The notes: generated by a model not told the origin, from the letters alone. 11,254 nt of DNA from an archaeon (GCA_024276825.1 JAJRWI010000036.1:1-11254); one strand, 5' to 3'. Positions 1 to 7,913 are shown, numbered from the stretch's first letter. Made by a program: numbers and translations.

Positions 1-57
1 CAGAGATATTTGCATAAGAGCTTTTTTGAATGGATACAATGTGATGTGAACAATCAA
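1..57 (-). CDS. Possible 5' end of a gene running off the left edge (MIVHITLYPFKKALMQISL...)
   Basis: TTG at 57..55 lies 7 nt downstream of an SD-like AGGTGG (70..65), the same hexamer found before the HDAC and zinc-finger genes. The frame is open for 19 codons to the window edge. No recognisable motif. Confidence 0.25.
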   Translation of the reverse strand, partial: MIVHITLYPFKKALMQISL

Positions 58-159
58 ATCACAACCACCTGATAGTCTCCAAAAATTTTCTACTTCTGAA
101 CTGATTTTATTACAACAATTGCAGATTAATTCTAAGCATCAATGAATTGTCAACTATTT

Positions 160-507
160 TCAATAATTGCTTCTAGCATTTCTTAATATTTCCTTTACCA
201 CTGATCTTAACTTCGGGATATGGACGCCAATAACATCCCACACAATATAATAATCAACACTGAAGTATTCATGGACAAGTCTGTCCCTCATCCCTGCAAT
301 TCTCCTCCATTCAATATTATCATACTTATTTCTGATTTCTAGAGGCAAGCTCTTGACAGCTTCACCAATTATTTCTAGACTTCAAACAATGGAACGCTTT
401 AAGTGTTCATTTGAAATAAACTCATTAAATGATATATTTCTCAGTGCATTTTCAATATATTCGATTTTTTGTAGAATATGAAGGAGAAATGGTTTATAGC
501 TCTTCAT
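160..507 (-). pseudogene. hepT: HepT/DUF86 (HEPN) RNase toxin, type VII TA, with in-frame nonsense codon
   Basis: Manual translation from ATG 507: MKSYKPFLLHILQKIEYIENALRNISFNEFISNEHLKRSIV*SLEIIGEAVKSLPLEIRNKY...WRRIAGMRDRLVHEYF. It has the DUF86 motifs LEIIGEA and RX4HXY (RDRLVHEY). TGA at 384..382 (codon 42 of 115) sits where the family usually has Arg (CGA>TGA). The start overlaps the MNT stop by 14 bp. Track ORF 160..348 is only the post-stop fragment. Confidence 0.9.
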
Positions 508-801
508 AAATGATCTCCTTCTCTATATATGGGAATAGAAATGGGCTGACTCCTTCTAAGGTCATTAGATCAACTTTTCTACCGAAGAGTTCCTCTAGGA
601 AAAATGCCAGATTCATGAAATTGTCAAAAGTTTTTCCTCCAGCTTGAAATTCTACAATGACATCAATGTCACTTCCAAAAGACTCTTCGCCACGAACAAA
701 TGAACCGAATATTCCAATCTTTTTACACAAAATTCTTCTCGCAATCGCTTTCTATTTTTTTCAAGTATTTCCTTGATTTTTGAAAGAGTAATAGAACTCA
801 T
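494..801 (-). pseudogene. mntA: Minimal nucleotidyltransferase (MNT) antitoxin, frameshifted
   Basis: GSX10DXD motif (GSFVRGEESFGSDID) and the typical LEELFGRKVDL C-terminus are in frame 494..730. The natural N-terminus MSSITLSKIKEILEKNRKRLREEFCVK starts at ATG 801 in another frame. Adding one A to the A5 run at 724..720 restores EEFCVKKIGIFGS (102 aa). As written, the ATG 801 frame stops at TAG 654..652. Confidence 0.85.
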
Positions 802-1145
802 GAAGTTCTACCCAGTTCAACCCGGCTGTGAGTATGATGCAAATTATTAACGAGCTAATTATGCTTCAATTGTTAATAAATCATGAACTTTTAGCGATTA
901 ATATGTCCTGACCTATTTTTGTTATTATTGGTTCATGATCAAGCCAATGAATCCAATCTGATTACATTGACACAATATTATGAAACAAAATTGAGACCTA
1001 TATATGACTGGTTTTATATAAGAGTTGAATCTCTACGAGATGTCTGAGAAACTCGCAAAGAAATGGGGCAAATATAAACTCTCAGCAGTAAATGCCTTGT
1101 AATAATGAGTTCCCTATGGGGTCCTTTCTGGCTATTGCAAACACC

Positions 1146-1169
1146 ATTGAAGTATTGCAATAATTCAAT
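1146..1169. repeat. 24-bp near-perfect palindrome ATTGAAGTATTGCAATAATTCAAT
   Basis: 11 of 12 positions pair. It lies 22 bp beyond the HDAC stop codon. Core TATTGCAA also occurs at 1133..1140. Function unknown. Confidence 0.6.
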
Positions 1170-1191
1170 AGGATGTTAGGGGGCGTTTCAA

Positions 1192-2373
1192 CTATATCCC
1201 TAGAATTGGGAATATCAGAGTTCGAACTTTCTTTAGAGTTCTATCAATTGCACCTCTGATCTTTGGCAAATGTTCAATCGCAATCCTGATGGGTTTGTCA
1301 ATCCATGTGTTGACAGAAGGAACCAGTCGGTGTTTCTCACATAATTCCACCCAAGAGTCTGGGAATGTGGGCGGCAAACAGATTCCTGCCAAGTCTGAAA
1401 GAATGAGCGTATAGACTCGGGCTGCTGTTATTGGGCTATAGCCTCCAGCACCAAGGACCACCAGTTTCTGGTTATTTCTGTACACCATTTCTTGGACAGT
1501 CTTGGAGAGTCGATTGTACGAGTCAAGGGTCAACAAAAGATCGGCAAGAGGATCTTCCATGTGTGCATCAGCGCCAAGATTCCAGATGACAAAATCGGGC
1601 TGATAAGAATTCCAAATGGGAATGACAGTTTCTTCAAATACTCGCCAGTATTCAATATCATCCGTCAATGGTGGCAGTGGAATATTCACGGAGTATCCTT
1701 TTCCCTCGCCGATACCAATCTCTTCAACATTCCCAGAGCCCGGAAAGAAGCCCATGCTTTTCTCGTGAATGGAGATTGTAAGTACATCGGAATCATGGTA
1801 AAATGCATTCTGAACGCCATCAGCATGATGGACATCGGTATCAAGGTAGAGTATCCTAGTGCCAGGAAATTCGTTCCTAAGCACATTGATCGCCACAGCA
1901 ATGTCATTCAAGTAGCTGAACCCTGAAGCGCGGCTACTCATTGCATGATGAAACCCCGCATAGAATGACATGGCGTTCTTATACTCGCCACGGGCAACAC
2001 CCATCACAGCATCAATTGTTCCCCCAACAGTCAGTCTTGCATATTGATTGACCTCAGGAAAGATGGGGCATTCATTTGAAGGAAGTCCAAATCGAGTGGA
2101 AAATGCCATGCCCATGTTACCGAACAAATCCAGTGTTTCGATGTAAGATGGATCATGAAATAGCCGCAACTCCTCTGTGGTGGCCTCTCGCATATCTATT
2201 GTTTCTACCCTGGAGTCTTCAGTCATACTTGCTGCTTCAGGGAGGCCCCAGGTTATCTCAAACCGCTTTCTATTCCAAAAGGGATTTGGAGCTCCTTCCT
2301 GCCTTTCGATGTCATCAATTCCGCTCAATTTCAGAAGTTCCGCTGGATTGATCAATGCAGTTCGCTTTGCCAA
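1192..2373 (-). CDS. Zn-dependent histone deacetylase family protein (AcuC/HDLP-like), 393 aa
   Basis: Motifs AGFHHA (His dyad), SGFSYLND, DTDVHHADG (Zn ligands D and H), SIHE..FFPGSG, GxGxGKGYSVNIPLP, GADAHMEDPL (third Zn ligand) and GAGGY (catalytic Tyr). TTG start is preceded by SD-like GAAGGTGG. Confidence 0.95.
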   Translation of the reverse strand: MAKRTALINPAELLKLSGIDDIERQEGAPNPFWNRKRFEITWGLPEAASMTEDSRVETIDMREATTEELRLFHDPSYIETLDLFGNMGMAFSTRFGLPSNECPIFPEVNQYARLTVGGTIDAVMGVARGEYKNAMSFYAGFHHAMSSRASGFSYLNDIAVAINVLRNEFPGTRILYLDTDVHHADGVQNAFYHDSDVLTISIHEKSMGFFPGSGNVEEIGIGEGKGYSVNIPLPPLTDDIEYWRVFEETVIPIWNSYQPDFVIWNLGADAHMEDPLADLLLTLDSYNRLSKTVQEMVYRNNQKLVVLGAGGYSPITAARVYTLILSDLAGICLPPTFPDSWVELCEKHRLVPSVNTWIDKPIRIAIEHLPKIRGAIDRTLKKVRTLIFPILGI

Positions 2374-2557
2374 AGGACCACCTTCACTTGCTAGTGCTGA
2401 ATTAGCTGATTTATCTTATTTGCTCTGTCAAATGTACACACTCTTAATTGCATTTTCAAGGGTTTTAATAGATGAGAGGACTCTCTATAATCTGCGATTC
2501 TTTATGCTTTCCTGTCTATCTCGAATGTTAAATCTACATTGAATTTCTCCACTTGAT

Positions 2558-3430
2558 TCAGAATTGCGACAAAGCTCCCTTCTTACGCACATATGCCTCA
2601 GTTGCTCTAAACAACAATAATCCAAATGTGAAATATATCACATCGAGAACTACCAACATCACTAGAGCAAATGATACACCTGGAGCATTGAACCCGTACA
2701 TTAGAAATGAACGAAAGAGATCAACACTCCATGTCAAGGGTGATGCCACTGAGAGTGACTGTAGTACTGATGGTAAGACGATAATCGGGTATGATATTGG
2801 TGCTACAAGCATGAGCGAACTCGACACGAACTCGACAATCATCCAACCCTGCTTGGCAATCAGGACTATGCATACGAGGGTAAGAACCACTCCTTGAAAG
2901 CCAATTATCGCTAGAGCTATGACAAGTAGTGCTGGAAGAATTCCCCATGCATTTAGAGTCACTCCGAACAGCAATGTGGATACAACCAACTGCATTATTA
3001 CTCCGAGACCGCCATGTTGAAGGTTATGAAGCATGGAACCCCAGACTAATGTGGATCGACTTACTGGAGTGGTCATAAGGGTCTCCAGTGTGCCCACGTT
3101 TTGTTCTCTTCGAAGTGCTAGGCCAGTGCCCCAGAAGAGACTCATTGTTAGCCCACTGAACGCCATGCCAATTGCAACGTAACTAATCCAGTCCGTGGTC
3201 CCCGCGAGATCAAAGAATGCTTCAGACTGTGCGCCTCCTGCAACTGCGGAACCTGCAAAGAGCATCGGAATGAACCACAGGAATGGCATGAGTATGAACC
3301 ATAGTACACTCAAAGGATAGCTCAACTCTACTTTCCACTGCTTTATTGCAAGCGCATTGGCTGCTCGCAGTTCAGCCCAGACCCCTTTTCTGTGAATCAT
3401 CCGTTGAAAGATCTCCGAATTCTCACTCAT
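2558..3430 (-). CDS. ABC-2 type exporter permease, 290 aa
   Basis: About 6 hydrophobic segments and the ABC-2 motif RREQNVGTLETLMTTPVSR. Start moved from the track's 3502 to ATG 3430 (MSENSE), which has SD GGAGGT and lies 1 nt after the upstream gene's TAG. Confidence 0.93.
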   Translation of the reverse strand: MSENSEIFQRMIHRKGVWAELRAANALAIKQWKVELSYPLSVLWFILMPFLWFIPMLFAGSAVAGGAQSEAFFDLAGTTDWISYVAIGMAFSGLTMSLFWGTGLALRREQNVGTLETLMTTPVSRSTLVWGSMLHNLQHGGLGVIMQLVVSTLLFGVTLNAWGILPALLVIALAIIGFQGVVLTLVCIVLIAKQGWMIVEFVSSSLMLVAPISYPIIVLPSVLQSLSVASPLTWSVDLFRSFLMYGFNAPGVSFALVMLVVLDVIYFTFGLLLFRATEAYVRKKGALSQF

Positions 3431-3431
3431 C

Positions 3432-4292
3432 CTAGAAACCTCCCATATGCCCACGCTGTTTTGTCCATCGCTCTGCATATCTGAAACATGCAATTCCAAC
3501 AACCCAGAAGAATGCGAGAACCAAAAGGAGTCCTATATAATATATCAAATATAGGAATATATCTATAGTCCCATTTATCGCAAGTTGACGGATCACAATA
3601 ATTGCAAATGTTGAGGGGATAATGTAGGATGCATAGCGAACTGATGTTGGTAGTACTTTGAGTGGATAATTAATTGGCGAAATGACGAATATCATGTTAT
3701 CAATGAACTGTGTCAGTACTGAGGGATCTTTGAACACAAGAATCAGTCCTGCAACCATGAAACCCAAGCCATAGAGGGCAAACACCATTGTGATCAGGAA
3801 CAGAAGTATGGGTCCTATCATTGTCAGTGAATATGACACTCCGAATAATGTAGTCGAAATACCAAGCATGACAAATGCTGAGATTGTTGTCTGCAACGTA
3901 TCGGAGAATGCAGCTCCCAATAAGATACTGATTCTTGGCACTGGGGTCACAAACAGCGGCTCTAATGTGCCTGAGAACTGTTCCCAACGAAAATTGTTCC
4001 CAATTGACCAGATGCTCGCATCGACATATTGATAGACAAACCATGCAATCAATGCAAACGTGATGAAGTCATTAAATCCTGAAAGCTCAGTGAAATTGAT
4101 TGAACTACTACCTCCACCAATTGCATACATCATTAGGATGTATGGTGTCAGCCAGAGTATTGGAAAGATGCCCCAGATCAGCAAGTTGGCCGGGTAGCGC
4201 ATTGCAATCTTGAGATTCTTCATAGCAAACACTCTAGCGGCTGTCCAGTCCATAAAACGTGGCTTGAATTCTGTAATCTGGGTCTCAGTCAT
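3432..4292 (-). CDS. ABC-2 type exporter permease, about 286 aa
   Basis: Multi-TM protein with motif RWEQFSGTLEPLFVTPVPR, paralogous to the neighbouring permease. Start is probably ATG 4292 (SD-like GGAGATGA); ATG 4301 is the alternative. Confidence 0.93.
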   Translation of the reverse strand: MTETQITEFKPRFMDWTAARVFAMKNLKIAMRYPANLLIWGIFPILWLTPYILMMYAIGGGSSSINFTELSGFNDFITFALIAWFVYQYVDASIWSIGNNFRWEQFSGTLEPLFVTPVPRISILLGAAFSDTLQTTISAFVMLGISTTLFGVSYSLTMIGPILLFLITMVFALYGLGFMVAGLILVFKDPSVLTQFIDNMIFVISPINYPLKVLPTSVRYASYIIPSTFAIIVIRQLAINGTIDIFLYLIYYIGLLLVLAFFWVVGIACFRYAERWTKQRGHMGGF

Positions 4293-4304
4293 TAATCTCA
4301 TCTC

Positions 4305-5291
4305 CTAGTCTGCTATGCGTCTTCCCGTTAGTTTCAAAAAGACATCATCTAGTGTGGGCTCCTTCACTTCGAAGTGTTCTACTCTTATGCCAGAAATCCC
4401 ACGAAGGTAGTTTAGTACCTCATAGGCCAACTCATACCCATCTTTTGCAGTGACCACGATTTCTGAATGATTATTCTTGGAGGTGATTGATGCTGACATC
4501 ACATCACTGAATTCTTTGATAGGCTCGATATCGGGAATGCCTGACACTTTGATATGAAGACTGTCGTAGTCTCTCACATCCTCCTTGAGACCGTGCGGAG
4601 TGTCAAGCTTCTTTATCTCTCCCTCATTGATCAATGCAATCTTATCACACAGCATGTCCGCCTCGTGCATGTAGTGAGTTGTAAGCAGGATGGTCTTGTC
4701 CCTGAGTTCGTTCTTGACATATTGTCTGAGATCCGTGGCGAATGTTGGATCAAGACCCTGCGTGGGCTCATCAAGCAGTAGGAGAGGAGGATCATGAATC
4801 AGAGACCTCGCAAACACAATCTTCATTCTCATACCATGAGAGAGATTCTCGGTCTTCTCATCAGCCTTCTCCAACAGGTCCATTCTACCAAGCAGTTCAT
4901 CAGCTCTCTCCTTAGCCTCATTGTGCGGCATCCTGTAGAGCTTTGCAAAGAAGATGAGATTCTCGCGTGCAGTTAACTTCCAATAGATGCTCCGCTCATT
5001 TCCCTGACAGACCCCAATGGATGATCTCACATATGTGGGTTCCTTTAGAATATCATATCCCATTACGCGAGCAGTCCCCGATGTTGGAATCACAAGAGTG
5101 GCAAGGCACTTGATCAGTGTGGTCTTGCCTGCACCATTAGGACCTAGTATCCCATACACCTGCCCCTTGGGAACATCCAAGTTGATGCTCTTTAGAGCCT
5201 CGACTCTCTTTTTCTCCACAGGGATGACAATTGCACGCCTTCTTATGCTGATGAAGGTCTTTGATAGTGACTCTATCTCAACTGCATTCAA
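4305..5291 (-). CDS. ABC exporter ATP-binding subunit (DrrA/NodI-like multidrug type), 328 aa
   Basis: Walker A GPNGAGKT, signature LSHGM, Walker B LLLLDEP, D-loop GLDP, H-loop TTH and C-terminal EPTLDDVFLKLTG. TTG start with SD GAGGAG. Confidence 0.96.
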   Translation of the reverse strand: MNAVEIESLSKTFISIRRRAIVIPVEKKRVEALKSINLDVPKGQVYGILGPNGAGKTTLIKCLATLVIPTSGTARVMGYDILKEPTYVRSSIGVCQGNERSIYWKLTARENLIFFAKLYRMPHNEAKERADELLGRMDLLEKADEKTENLSHGMRMKIVFARSLIHDPPLLLLDEPTQGLDPTFATDLRQYVKNELRDKTILLTTHYMHEADMLCDKIALINEGEIKKLDTPHGLKEDVRDYDSLHIKVSGIPDIEPIKEFSDVMSASITSKNNHSEIVVTAKDGYELAYEVLNYLRGISGIRVEHFEVKEPTLDDVFLKLTGRRIAD

Positions 5292-5344
5292 TATTTGCTG
5301 ATCTCCTCATAGTGTTGATGCATGACGAAAAATGGGCATTGCCA

Positions 5345-5432
5345 GATTTCATTGTCAGTCTAATATTAACTGCTTCATACAAGCAAAATAGTCTTCATGT
5401 GCTGTTTATGGATAGATGACTGACATGAAATC
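5345..5432. repeat. Inverted repeat (15 bp plus 1-nt bulge) with 57-bp spacer upstream of the ABC operon
   Basis: GATTTCATTGTCAGTC (5345..5360) and GACTGACATGAAATC (5418..5432) are reverse complements apart from one indel. Confidence 0.75.
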
Positions 5433-5457
5433 CACCAAGTTGGGAAACTTCAATTTT

Positions 5458-5465
5458 AATATAAA
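5458..5465 (-). promoter_or_regulatory. Candidate archaeal TATA box for the ABC operon
   Basis: Minus strand reads TTTATATT after a purine-rich stretch (AACGAGCAGA). The region is AT-rich, so a chance match is possible. Confidence 0.35.
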
Positions 5466-5564
5466 TCTGCTCGTTAAAACCTGAAATTATGAGAGGAACA
5501 GAAAAAATCTAACGCATATGCCAACTATCATTACTGATATAGGTTTAAGACTATAGCTGCTGAT

Positions 5565-6329
5565 CTAGAGAACTCCAGCTTCAGTCAAGAAGACCCTCAT
5601 GGCAGGACTAAGGTTAGCACCACAGTTGGGACAGAGACTAAAACTAGTAGCATCAACACATCGATCACAGTAGACCCTTCCACAATTAGTGCATACTGTG
5701 CCCATCCATTGGTCATTCATATTTGGACTTTGTTCGAAAGTAATGGCACGCCCGCCACTGCCAATCACATCGTCAAATAAATTGCCAATGAATTCAAGCC
5801 TTCTTCCGCACCTTGAGCATTGAAGTGTTCCCTTCTGTGTAATTGCAATTCTTGCACCTGTTGAGTCTTCAATGGATAAGTTAATTGCTTTCATCGTGTA
5901 GTCAAATATAATAATTAGTGAAAAACTACAGAATATTAGGAGTGGCAAATTGCTCATTAAATCAAGTCTTTGGAAAAAGAATATTGATGCTACACCAAGT
6001 GTAACTATGAGGTTGCAAATGCTTTGACAAATACCTATGCAACCAGCCAAATCTTGGTTCTTTTCCAAAAGTGAACCCATAGCCATAGCTAAGCTGGAAA
6101 AACCCACTACAAGAATGAAAAATTCCAAAAAAGTGTTGTTTGATATCCCAAGAAATGAAATGGAATAATAACCTGGAAATAAAAAGGGAACAAGCCACGC
6201 GTTTTCTAAAGTTAAAAAGCCAATAACAAATGCAAGATATGCAATGATTGCATAAATCAAGAATAATGAGAAGAAAAGCAGAAATCGTCCTCGTTTCTTA
6301 AACTCAGCCAGTTTTTCTTCTTTGTTCAT
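5565..6329 (-). CDS. Hypothetical multi-pass membrane protein with C-terminal 8-Cys (C4C4) RING-like zinc finger, about 254 aa
   Basis: 4-5 hydrophobic segments, then C-x2-C-x38-C-x2-C-x4-C-x2-C-x8-C-P-x-C (CSRC...CTNCGRVYCDRC...CPNC; nt 5819..5622). Start is probably ATG 6329 (MNKEEK, SD AGGTGG 5 nt upstream); the track starts at TTG 6380. Confidence 0.85.
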   Translation of the reverse strand: MNKEEKLAEFKKRGRFLLFFSLFLIYAIIAYLAFVIGFLTLENAWLVPFLFPGYYSISFLGISNNTFLEFFILVVGFSSLAMAMGSLLEKNQDLAGCIGICQSICNLIVTLGVASIFFFQRLDLMSNLPLLIFCSFSLIIIFDYTMKAINLSIEDSTGARIAITQKGTLQCSRCGRRLEFIGNLFDDVIGSGGRAITFEQSPNMNDQWMGTVCTNCGRVYCDRCVDATSFSLCPNCGANLSPAMRVFLTEAGVL

Positions 6330-6755
6330 GTAAGCCACCTTGCAGCTTGTGTGAATCTGTCCTGAACAAATTTCCATCAATGCAGCTTCAGAATTTATAT
6401 CTTCTTTATACCATGCTACGCCATAATCAAAACCATCCTGTACTCGCCTTTACAACTTCTCCTCTTTGGGCTATCATGCTGAAATTGGATATTTTATGAC
6501 TTGTATTATTTCTCATGACAATGGCCAAAATGAACTTGATTTGTTTTCTAATATTCCTCATCAAATATGCCAAACTGAATTAAGTAAGACTATCTGATGA
6601 TTCCACTGCATCGTTTTCTCATTGAAACGGCTAATAACGCAACCACCATCTACACAATAACCAAATATAGCCTGATCATGCTGTCGTATTAAAACTCCCC
6701 ATTACTGAAGCTACTATTCTTTATAACAACGGATGCTTTGCCTACTTGATGTTGA

Positions 6756-6834
6756 CGAATATGCGAATATGCAATTCAATGAATACAGTCACTCTTTTCA
6801 GTCACGAATCGATTAATTGATGCAATTGAATGAA
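6756..6834. repeat. Cluster of short direct repeats upstream of the EamA gene
   Basis: Tandem CGAATATG x2 (6756..6771); ATGCAATT(C/G)AATGAA at 6769..6783 and 6820..6834; CAGTCAC at 6786..6792 and 6799..6805. Confidence 0.5.
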
Positions 6835-6887
6835 ATGTTCACCCAGCAAAGAACTGAATGTATCTTAGTACTCTTCAATAACTCGGG

Positions 6888-7805
6888 ATGTCTGCAGAGA
6901 TGAGTTCTCACTTGGATTCTTCAAAAGAACTGCATGGCTACGGTCTGATAGTATTGGCATCAGTTCTGTGGGGAACTATGGGCATTCTTGCCAAGCTTGC
7001 TTATGAGTATTCAATAACACCCGAGGTCCTAATTGCTCTGAGACTCGTCATCAGCTTCTCAACTCTGCTATTTTTCCTTCTAATTTTTAATAGAAGTTCA
7101 ATAAGAGTCCACAAGGAGGATGCTCTTCTCCTTCTGATTATTGGAATCTTTGCGGTTGCCTTTCAGAGAATCTCCTATTTCTATGCCGTGTATTTTACAA
7201 CCGCCACAATGGCTGCAATACTATTCTACACCTATCCTGCCTTCGTGACACTGATCGCATCATTCAAAATGAAAGAGCGGATCACATTAAACGAGTGGCT
7301 GGCCATAGCTCTGACATTCTTAGGGGTTTCGTTTGTTGTAAAGGCATATGAAACTGATTTGCTGGTCGTGAATTTCCTTGGAATCCTTTTCGGACTCCTC
7401 TCAAGTCTACTCTTCGTCTTCTATTTCATTGCGACCAAACGACTAAGGAAAAAGTACACAAGTTGGACACTGACTCTCTATGGCGATGGAATCGGTGCCC
7501 TGACACTAATGCCCATCATTGTTCTTTCAGCCCCATCCATTCTTACGTTTCCTGTGGGACTCTGGTTGCTAGTCACCACGATTGCTTGGGTCCCGTCCCT
7601 CATGGCATATTTGCTGTATGCTACCGCCTTGAAGTATGTCAAGGCTTCAAAGGGAAGCATCCTCTCTGTCATTGAACCTTTGGCAGCAGCATCCTTTTCA
7701 ACAATGATCTTGGGAGAAGTCCTTGAATCCTTGCAAATCATAGGCATTGCACTTGCATTGACTGGTGTTCTTCTGCTCTTTCAAACAGGTAAAAAGTTAG
7801 ATTGA
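6888..7805 (+). CDS. EamA / DMT superfamily transporter, 305 aa
   Basis: About 10 TM segments in two EamA repeats. Motifs ASVLWGTMGILAK, AAILFYTYPAFV, ASKGSILSVIEP and LGEVL..LQIIG. ATG 6900 is an alternative start. Confidence 0.95.
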   Translation: MSAEMSSHLDSSKELHGYGLIVLASVLWGTMGILAKLAYEYSITPEVLIALRLVISFSTLLFFLLIFNRSSIRVHKEDALLLLIIGIFAVAFQRISYFYAVYFTTATMAAILFYTYPAFVTLIASFKMKERITLNEWLAIALTFLGVSFVVKAYETDLLVVNFLGILFGLLSSLLFVFYFIATKRLRKKYTSWTLTLYGDGIGALTLMPIIVLSAPSILTFPVGLWLLVTTIAWVPSLMAYLLYATALKYVKASKGSILSVIEPLAAASFSTMILGEVLESLQIIGIALALTGVLLLFQTGKKLD

Positions 7806-7811
7806 TTCGAG

Positions 7812-7913
7812 TTGAAGATTGTCTTGTTTGATTTAGATGGCAAAGCCCATTTGCATTGTTCAAGGTTAATCTCTAGTAAAATTAGAATCATAGATTGCAA
7901 CGTTTTTCAATAG
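7812..7913 (+). pseudogene. Truncated HAD-superfamily hydrolase remnant (motif I only)
   Basis: TTG 6 nt after the EamA stop gives MKIVLFDLDG, the HAD motif I hhhDxDG at its usual N-terminal position. Similarity ends at about 7841, where K replaces the expected T, and the frame stops at TAG 7911..7913. Confidence 0.65.

Noticed and set aside
382-384. TGA in HepT as selenocysteine or recoded Trp/Gly
   Set aside because: The position corresponds to Arg (CGA>TGA), not Cys. TGA terminates several intact genes here (EamA, MTase, permease), and I recognised no SECIS.
720-730. Programmed -1 frameshift in MNT-1
   Set aside because: The site is T_AAA_AAG, not a full X_XXY_YYZ heptamer. A simple 1-bp deletion is more parsimonious, and the partner toxin is also broken.
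1040-1102. Small ORF MSEKLAKKWGKYKLSAVNAL (+)
   Set aside because: Only 20 aa, with no SD and no recognisable motif.
1492-5301. Track ORFs 1492..1926, 1686..1907, 2076..2351, 2177..2542, 2553..2897, 2721..2948, 3700..4044, 3790..4032, 4554..4781, 4794..4976, 5017..5301
   Set aside because: Antisense or alternate-frame shadows of the HDAC and ABC genes with no motifs.
5278-5352. Short upstream ORFs overlapping the ABC ATPase start (e.g. MKSGNAHFSSCINTMRRSANIECS, minus strand)
   Set aside because: No SD or leader-peptide signature, and ORFs this short are expected by chance. Relevant only if the leader RNA hypothesis is confirmed.
5622-5819. Calling the Cys-rich domain a FYVE (PI3P-binding) domain
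   Set aside because: It shares CxxCGRVxCxxC but lacks the WxxD, R(R/K)HHCR and RVC motifs.
5330-7852. 14/15 inverted match TGGCAA(T/A)GCCCATTT between 5330..5344 and 7838..7852
   Set aside because: A few such distant matches are expected by chance in 11 kb, and there is no supporting structure.
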